IMG/VR virus record: IMGVR_UViG_3300020473_000020
Location: 74,060-138,059 of that record
Length of the DNA stretch: 64,000 bases
Strand: one strand, 5' to 3'
Origin: a virus
Part shown: positions 58,413-64,000 of the stretch, piece by piece
Layout: every line of letters starts with the position of its first letter
How positions within the stretch are numbered: position 1 is the first letter of the stretch
Notes under the pieces: generated by a model
Database searches by the model: none
Told to the model about the DNA's origin: nothing
Seen by the model: only the letters and a program-made list of their open reading frames with translations
Program-made: the position numbers and the translations under genes

Positions 58413-58494
58413 GAAAACTACTGGGGTGCAGGTACTTTGAGTTAATTGGTGCAAGCTCCCGTTAAAATAACAATTCTCTATGGGAAGCTAAAAT

Positions 58495-59673
58495 ATGTCG
58501 AATTTCGCAAAGAAGTTTCTGTCGGACGAGGTCTACAAGGCTCTCGTGTCTCGCGACAACCGAGCTGCTATCTGCATGCTATCTAACCGTAAGGGTGGTA
58601 CAGGTAAGACTACTCTAACATTAAACATCGGTGAAGGGTTTGCTATTTTAGCAGGTAAGCGTGTACTGCTTATTGACGTCGACCGTCAAGGTAACCTTTC
58701 AACGGCTTTTGGCCTATCTGAGCGCAAAGCTGCGCAGTCAGCTCACGCATTCTCTGAATCAGGCTTACGCCATGATGAATGGCTTATTCCGCCTGTTCAC
58801 CCAGAATATGAAGAAGGTGATAACTTTGCTGCGCGTAGTTCTTCGGCAGAAGTCATGGAAGTCGACGGACAGGCCGTACTACCTTATGGCACCTTTATTG
58901 ACGAGAGCACAGAATGCCTTCGCGAAATTAACCCACTAGGTGGCTCAGTCGATGTACTTCCTGCTGACGGCGAGCGCTTAAAATACATTCAAACACACGC
59001 TGAAACTTATGACGCTAAGAAGCTATACAAGAGCTGGGCTACTTGGTTAAAAGAGTCTAATGCACTGTATGACTACGACATGATTATCTTTGACGCGCCC
59101 CCACTAGACAGTGAGCTTCATGAGGCGCTATATCAGCTTTGTGACCACATGATCGTACCTGTACAGCCTTCTAATGATACGCTTTCAGCTGCGTCAGCCG
59201 TTGCGTACTCTTGTTTTGCTGCGGCAAACTCTGATGAGCGCCCACGTGCCATGACTACGGTTATTAATCCATTAAAAGGTAACCGTCTTACTAATGAGCA
59301 AAAGGAGTGGTTGCAAAATGTTGTGTGGAATAATCAGTTTTTAGGGGCACTTCCTGAGTCTAAAGAGTTCCCCTACTCACCAATGATCGATACCCGACGC
59401 AATACACCACTAGAGCCTTACAACGACGAAAATTATGCAGAAATGGATGAGGCCGAGCGTCAAAAAGCTGAGACTGCCTATGTGCGTGATATTCGCAAGC
59501 TACTACTATCAGCGCGCATAACTAAAGGACACCGTCAAATACGTGAACGTTACATAGCAGTACTTGACCACCTGCATCAAAAATTCTTCCATCAGCCGTT
59601 ACCAGACGACCCGTTCTTAACGGCTAAGGGTGAGCCTCGGGTAAAACGTTTAAAGGCAGCTGCACAAGCGTAA
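58495..59673 (+). CDS. parA: ParA-family ATPase
   Basis: NRKGGTGKTT, VLLIDVDRQGNLS, YDMIIFDAPP, IVPV. Confidence 0.92.
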   Translation: MSNFAKKFLSDEVYKALVSRDNRAAICMLSNRKGGTGKTTLTLNIGEGFAILAGKRVLLIDVDRQGNLSTAFGLSERKAAQSAHAFSESGLRHDEWLIPPVHPEYEEGDNFAARSSSAEVMEVDGQAVLPYGTFIDESTECLREINPLGGSVDVLPADGERLKYIQTHAETYDAKKLYKSWATWLKESNALYDYDMIIFDAPPLDSELHEALYQLCDHMIVPVQPSNDTLSAASAVAYSCFAAANSDERPRAMTTVINPLKGNRLTNEQKEWLQNVVWNNQFLGALPESKEFPYSPMIDTRRNTPLEPYNDENYAEMDEAERQKAETAYVRDIRKLLLSARITKGHRQIRERYIAVLDHLHQKFFHQPLPDDPFLTAKGEPRVKRLKAAAQA

Positions 59674-59682
59674 GGACGAACA

Positions 59683-61680
59683 ATGAGCGATAAAACAAAT
59701 TCTACTAAGCGTAGCCGCAAGAAAGCGGCATTAGCTGGCCAACAAAAAGCACAGTTGGGTACGGGTGCCCAACAAAAAGCTGTTGAAAGTGTTGCGGGTG
59801 CTATGGGCAACCTAAACGCACTCTTCGCGCAGCAAAACTCTGATACAGCGCCTACTACGGCAGGTGCTACTTCAAGTGATGCTACCCCTGTTGCTCAGGA
59901 AGAATCTAGAGCAACAACTGTGACTACCGAAGTACCACCAGAGCCTAAAGACGAGCAGCTTAAAGACGTTGAGGCATCCGCTGAAACGAGTGTTACCCTT
60001 GATGACAGCGTCTCACAAAAAGAGTCTGTTGTGGCGGAAGCCGTTGAAAGCAAAGAACCGTCAAGCCCTTCAAACGTGGAAGTGCCGAGTGCCGACCAAG
60101 CTGAGACGGTAGCGGTAGAGCCTTCAAAAGTTGAGGACAATGCTGCCCGAGCACTACAGTCAAATGACCATGGATTACCTACACCGCTTTCTAAAGAAGG
60201 TATGAAGTACGCTGCCAACGTTGAGGAAATACATCAAGAGTTAGCCTCGGCTGAGGGAGCTATGTACCTCGTGGTTAACGTAAAAGACGTCTATGGTAGC
60301 AAGGGGAACCACCGTAAGTTTGGTATCTCTTTTGAAAAGTACCTTGAGCTTTTACCACCCTTACCTGATAACTGGGAACAGCTAACAGGTATTACTTACG
60401 TTGATCAAGTTTGGTCTGACATCATCATTGAGCTATCAGACAATGGTGATATTGATGATGCTCAAGCGCGTAAAATGCGTGAAACACTCATTGACATATT
60501 CGACCTTGGCTACAGCATTCAAAACAAGGGACAGATACACTCACCACTAGGCTACCTAGTATATGATGACAACACTGGCCGCCCGCTTCGCGTTGAGCTA
60601 GTGTCAGGCGAAAAGCGTATGCGCTCTCACTACATGTTTGGCCGTAAGACGGTCGTCATGCAGTTCACCGAGAACAGTACAGCGATTAAACCGTCAGCCC
60701 TTGAAGAGTACAGCCGTAAAGAACTTCGCCTTGCAGAAAATACCAAGTCTAAAAAGCCTGATGATTCTGAGGTTTTAGAGGGGATCCGTGACTTACATGA
60801 AGCACACAAAAATGTTGAGGGCGCAGCTAAAGTTGAGGAAATGAGTGACGCTGAGTTAGTACGTAAGTACACATCGGCATTACCTTGTACTGAGGCAAAC
60901 TTAGCTGCCCTTGAAGACGGCAAAGACGTACCGCGCCAGCTACGTCGATGGGTATCAATAGCAAGACATAGTCAGGCGGCAGCTTTCCAGCGCATCATGC
61001 GCATGACCCCAGCAAGCATCAAGCGTATGGAGCCGCTTCGTACGGCCGCTAACAAGTATGCCTCAGAATTAGATGTTAAGCTATCACCTGAGCTTGTCTA
61101 TGCAATTGCCCTTGAGGATGATGACCTAGATTTTAGCCCAGACTATGTACCAGAGGTTCTACGTGAGAAAGTTCTGGCAATGCGTGAATCTCTGCGAACT
61201 CTTAGTAGTTCGGCTTCTCACGGAGAAGAGGAAGACGACTTGCCCGATACACTGCTAGGAGAGCGAGCAGGCAACGCCAAGCGAAGAGCTGCGCGTATGG
61301 CTCGCGATTCGCGCACGGCACTTGGCGTCTACGGCACAACAGTTATGAAAGGCAAAAATGCGGCTGAGTCACGCCAGTATGCCTTTGCTCAGATATTCTC
61401 AATGACAGTACTAGTTAAAGGTGGACTTGACCAAGCTGATACTGAGCGTATGCACCGCTTGAATGCACTCAGGGGCGAGGCCATCAGTGACGATAAACTG
61501 ATTGAATATCGTCAGCTATTACTAGAGGGCTACAAGGCCATTGAGGACGCGCTTAACACGATGACAAGCCGATCTCATGAGACAAGTCAGTTGATAAACC
61601 GCATGTCATCATCGGCTGATCCTCTTAGCGTATTAAAAGAGTTTCAGAAAGAACATAACACTGATGGGGGCGCGAATTAA
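59683..61680 (+). CDS. parB: large ParB-like partition protein
   Basis: Follows parA; SIQNKGQIHSP...ELVSGEKRMRS (GxRRxRA-like) and LAEN; long disordered N-terminus. Confidence 0.7.
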   Translation: MSDKTNSTKRSRKKAALAGQQKAQLGTGAQQKAVESVAGAMGNLNALFAQQNSDTAPTTAGATSSDATPVAQEESRATTVTTEVPPEPKDEQLKDVEASAETSVTLDDSVSQKESVVAEAVESKEPSSPSNVEVPSADQAETVAVEPSKVEDNAARALQSNDHGLPTPLSKEGMKYAANVEEIHQELASAEGAMYLVVNVKDVYGSKGNHRKFGISFEKYLELLPPLPDNWEQLTGITYVDQVWSDIIIELSDNGDIDDAQARKMRETLIDIFDLGYSIQNKGQIHSPLGYLVYDDNTGRPLRVELVSGEKRMRSHYMFGRKTVVMQFTENSTAIKPSALEEYSRKELRLAENTKSKKPDDSEVLEGIRDLHEAHKNVEGAAKVEEMSDAELVRKYTSALPCTEANLAALEDGKDVPRQLRRWVSIARHSQAAAFQRIMRMTPASIKRMEPLRTAANKYASELDVKLSPELVYAIALEDDDLDFSPDYVPEVLREKVLAMRESLRTLSSSASHGEEEDDLPDTLLGERAGNAKRRAARMARDSRTALGVYGTTVMKGKNAAESRQYAFAQIFSMTVLVKGGLDQADTERMHRLNALRGEAISDDKLIEYRQLLLEGYKAIEDALNTMTSRSHETSQLINRMSSSADPLSVLKEFQKEHNTDGGAN

Positions 61681-62270
61681 TGGCAACACCAACAAAGCGT
61701 AGCCGCAAACACATGCTAGCGCAGCAAAGCCCAAAAGCCGAGGCTATTAGCCAAAGGCTAACCGTGCGTATACCTAAGAAATTGCACAAGCTCATGACGG
61801 AGGCCGTTGAATCATCAAATCCTAAGATAAGCCGTAACAAATGGGTTTCTGACTCTATCATAAGGCTGAGAGAGCGCCACGTACTCTCTAGGCTAGAGTT
61901 GCCTATCTTGGACACAGAGGGTAAGCCTGATATGACGGCCGATGAGCGAAAGGCCGTTATCAGTGTTAACAATGGCCTAGCCATTTTGGTGTCTGATACC
62001 AAGCTCTTTAGTGGTGAGAGTGTGTCACTGCCAATCCGTTTCACTGAACAAGGTGTGGACGCCCTGCAAGACCTTATTAGTCGAGTACGAGCACACCAAA
62101 GGTTTGTAGAAAGTCCTGAGCGTGAGACACTTGGTTATAAGGCCGACGAACTTAGTGACGTTGACGACAAGGTTTTCGAAAAGATTAAGACCATTTTCGT
62201 CCACATCGCCCTTTGGGGCAAGGTGATGGATGGTAAAACTATGGAAGACTTAAACGAAGCGCGTCTTTAA
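61680..62270 (+). CDS. ribbon-helix-helix DNA-binding protein
   Basis: RLTVRIPKKLHKLM...ISRNKWV..SI; ATG overlaps the parB stop. Confidence 0.65.
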   Translation: MATPTKRSRKHMLAQQSPKAEAISQRLTVRIPKKLHKLMTEAVESSNPKISRNKWVSDSIIRLRERHVLSRLELPILDTEGKPDMTADERKAVISVNNGLAILVSDTKLFSGESVSLPIRFTEQGVDALQDLISRVRAHQRFVESPERETLGYKADELSDVDDKVFEKIKTIFVHIALWGKVMDGKTMEDLNEARL

Positions 62271-62435
62271 GCATGCACCATTGTGACCCGAGGGCAGACA
62301 GCTTTCGGGTCTGTTTCTCATCCCACACTAGCCTCACCGTCAACAAAACAGCTAATCAAACCACTTGCATAGCAACGCTTTTCAGGTAATACTTACCGTA
62401 TTGTACAACGATATAACCGAATAGAACACGAGACT

Positions 62436-62861
62436 ATGCTCCCAATTTTAAAAACTATTAAGAAGCCTCGAAAGCTAAAGTCAGGCCGTTTCGATAGCCG
62501 CCAAGAGCTTATCGAATTTATAAGCGAGAAGTACTTCCACACAGCAATGCAACAAGCTGAAATAGCACGCCTTTGTCAGGTTTCAGAGACAACTGTCGCA
62601 AATCTTATAGAAAGCCAAGAACTCAAGGATTACCGACGTCTCAAAGACCTTGAGACGAGTGAGCGTCCATTTGCCTTTATCTGGCCTACACGTGAACTAG
62701 AAGATCGCCTAACATGCCAGTCTTTGGCTGATTTCGTTGCTTTGCTTGAGGCGCAAGAGGCCGCTATTTTTAAGGTAGAACGTATCTCCGAGGGTGGTCA
62801 TCCCCTTGTACAAGCGCCAAAGCAAGCGTTTGACCTGTACACTGAGGGTGCCAACGGATGA
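62436..62861 (+). CDS. HTH-containing protein
   Basis: MQQAEIARLCQVSETTVANL. Confidence 0.7.
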   Translation: MLPILKTIKKPRKLKSGRFDSRQELIEFISEKYFHTAMQQAEIARLCQVSETTVANLIESQELKDYRRLKDLETSERPFAFIWPTRELEDRLTCQSLADFVALLEAQEAAIFKVERISEGGHPLVQAPKQAFDLYTEGANG

Positions 62862-63181
62862 CGGCCGAACCTATTTACTTTTTTGCAGCCGCTTTCCCAA
62901 ATGTAGAGGGAACCAGTGCATATTCACGTCAATTTAAGGATCAACTTCCGCGTAGTGTGGAGGTCGTCACAGATTCAAGGGGCACTCCCTATAGATACCT
63001 AGATGAAATGACGGCGAGACGTGCTCATAACTTGGCAAAGCATCACAGCGGATTGTATCGCCTTGACCCAAAAGAAGAGCGTGCCGAGCTGGTTGACCCC
63101 TCGCACGACCTATACCTAACGCCTGAGTCTATTCTGCTTAGTCCACGAAACTTGAAGATATTGGAGTTCCCTGCCCTATAG
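62858..63181 (+). CDS. hypothetical protein
   Basis: ATGA overlap with the upstream gene. Confidence 0.55.
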   Translation: MTAEPIYFFAAAFPNVEGTSAYSRQFKDQLPRSVEVVTDSRGTPYRYLDEMTARRAHNLAKHHSGLYRLDPKEERAELVDPSHDLYLTPESILLSPRNLKILEFPAL

Positions 63182-63337
63182 TTAGTTGTACAATTATTTG
63201 TGAATATTTCGAATAAAAGGGTTGTACAATGAATTTATTAGTTATACTATGACCTTGTTCCCAACGTAAACCCCTGCGGCGCACCGAGGGAGCACTAACT
63301 AACCGATACTATTACAAATAGAATATAGGACATAGCT

Positions 63338-63703
63338 ATGACTGATATGACTATGAATGCTGGTACGATTCCGATCAGCTCCCCACAAGCTACGCCTCGT
63401 CGAGCGGTAGCCTTTGTACAACCATTAACCGAAGCATCGGTACGATATGCTATCAAGGTAACTGAGTTTAAGCTTGTAGCTTATAGTTTAGTTAAGTTTA
63501 TGCTTATCTGTGCTTTCCTAGCAGCTGGGTATGATGTCGCAGCGGCCTATAAAGGCTTCTCTACTTTTTATTTTACGCAGTCGATGGCTACCGTTGTGTT
63601 AATTGTATCTGCTGTTGCCTTTACAGGTTTTCAATTCGTAACGACTCAATTAGAGAATCTGCTTGAAAACCACTACGACGACTTAGAGCAGTTTGAGGAC
63701 TAG
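63338..63703 (+). CDS. hypothetical membrane protein (2 TM)
   Basis: Two hydrophobic segments; AGGA RBS. Confidence 0.6.
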   Translation: MTDMTMNAGTIPISSPQATPRRAVAFVQPLTEASVRYAIKVTEFKLVAYSLVKFMLICAFLAAGYDVAAAYKGFSTFYFTQSMATVVLIVSAVAFTGFQFVTTQLENLLENHYDDLEQFED

Positions 63704-63912
63704 CCGTCAGGCTTCCTGAGCGCCCCTGTGCGGTGCCCGTTCAGTATTTTAGTTACATTGTACTACGATGCTGCGGCAGGCACCTCATAGAGCTTCCCAC
63801 GGGCGCTCATCATTACATTAGCCCACTTTGGGGCTATATAGTAATAACCCTTATTAACCTTCACTCATTAACCTATGCTCATACGACCTTTTGTACTCAC
63901 TCCGACTATGAG

Positions 63913-64000
63913 CCACTGACCTACTGACCTACTGACCATTGACCTACTGACCATTGACCTACTGACCATTGACCTACTGACCATTGACCTACTGACCATT
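63913..64000. repeat. tandem repeat of CCTACTGA/CCATTGA (15-bp unit) running off the window
   Basis: CCACTGA CCTACTGA CCTACTGA, then (CCATTGA CCTACTGA) x4 and CCATT at the edge. Confidence 0.9.

Noticed and set aside
401-63927. Numerous short antisense or overlapping ORFs in the track (e.g. 401..676, 6549..6872, 28999..29472, 50279..50689, 61625..62044)
   Set aside because: They lie opposite or within well-supported genes and lack RBS or motif support.
1-64000. tRNA, rRNA, integrase, transposase, primase, terminase or major capsid genes
   Set aside because: None recognised by eye; a tRNAscan/HMM search could still find divergent examples.

Overview
The window reads as part of a large bacteriophage-like replicon, most plausibly a phage-plasmid of a marine gammaproteobacterium (host inferred only from the SecB, RdgC, HU and GroES homologues). 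It encodes a near-complete replication/recombination set: family A DNA polymerase with a UDG-like N-domain, beta-clamp-like protein, DnaX-like clamp loader, DnaB helicase, flap exonuclease, UvsY-like protein, gp32-like SSB, RecA, RuvC, SbcCD, RdgC, NrdAB and thioredoxin. It also carries plasmid maintenance functions (RepA with four 19-bp iterons and AT-rich repeats; ParA, ParB-like and RHH genes), a GH108 endolysin, a tail-fibre-like gene, Acb1, and chaperones (SecB, GroES, J-domain). The most unusual items are: (i) an XRE-HTH / membrane protein / 42-aa double-glycine-leader peptide operon, whose peptide is missing from the ORF track, flanked by two paralogous genes - a candidate peptide communication system; (ii) at least 45 copies of the palindrome TTGTACAA, concentrated between genes and at promoters; (iii) a Ski2/Hel308-like helicase split just after motif VI into two genes with intein-like but apparently non-catalytic extensions; (iv) a sense-strand T(T/C)GA(G/T)ACT motif in front of more than 20 genes; (v) an N-terminal TKRSRK peptide shared by ParB and the RHH protein. 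All calls come from manual motif recognition; no searches were run.
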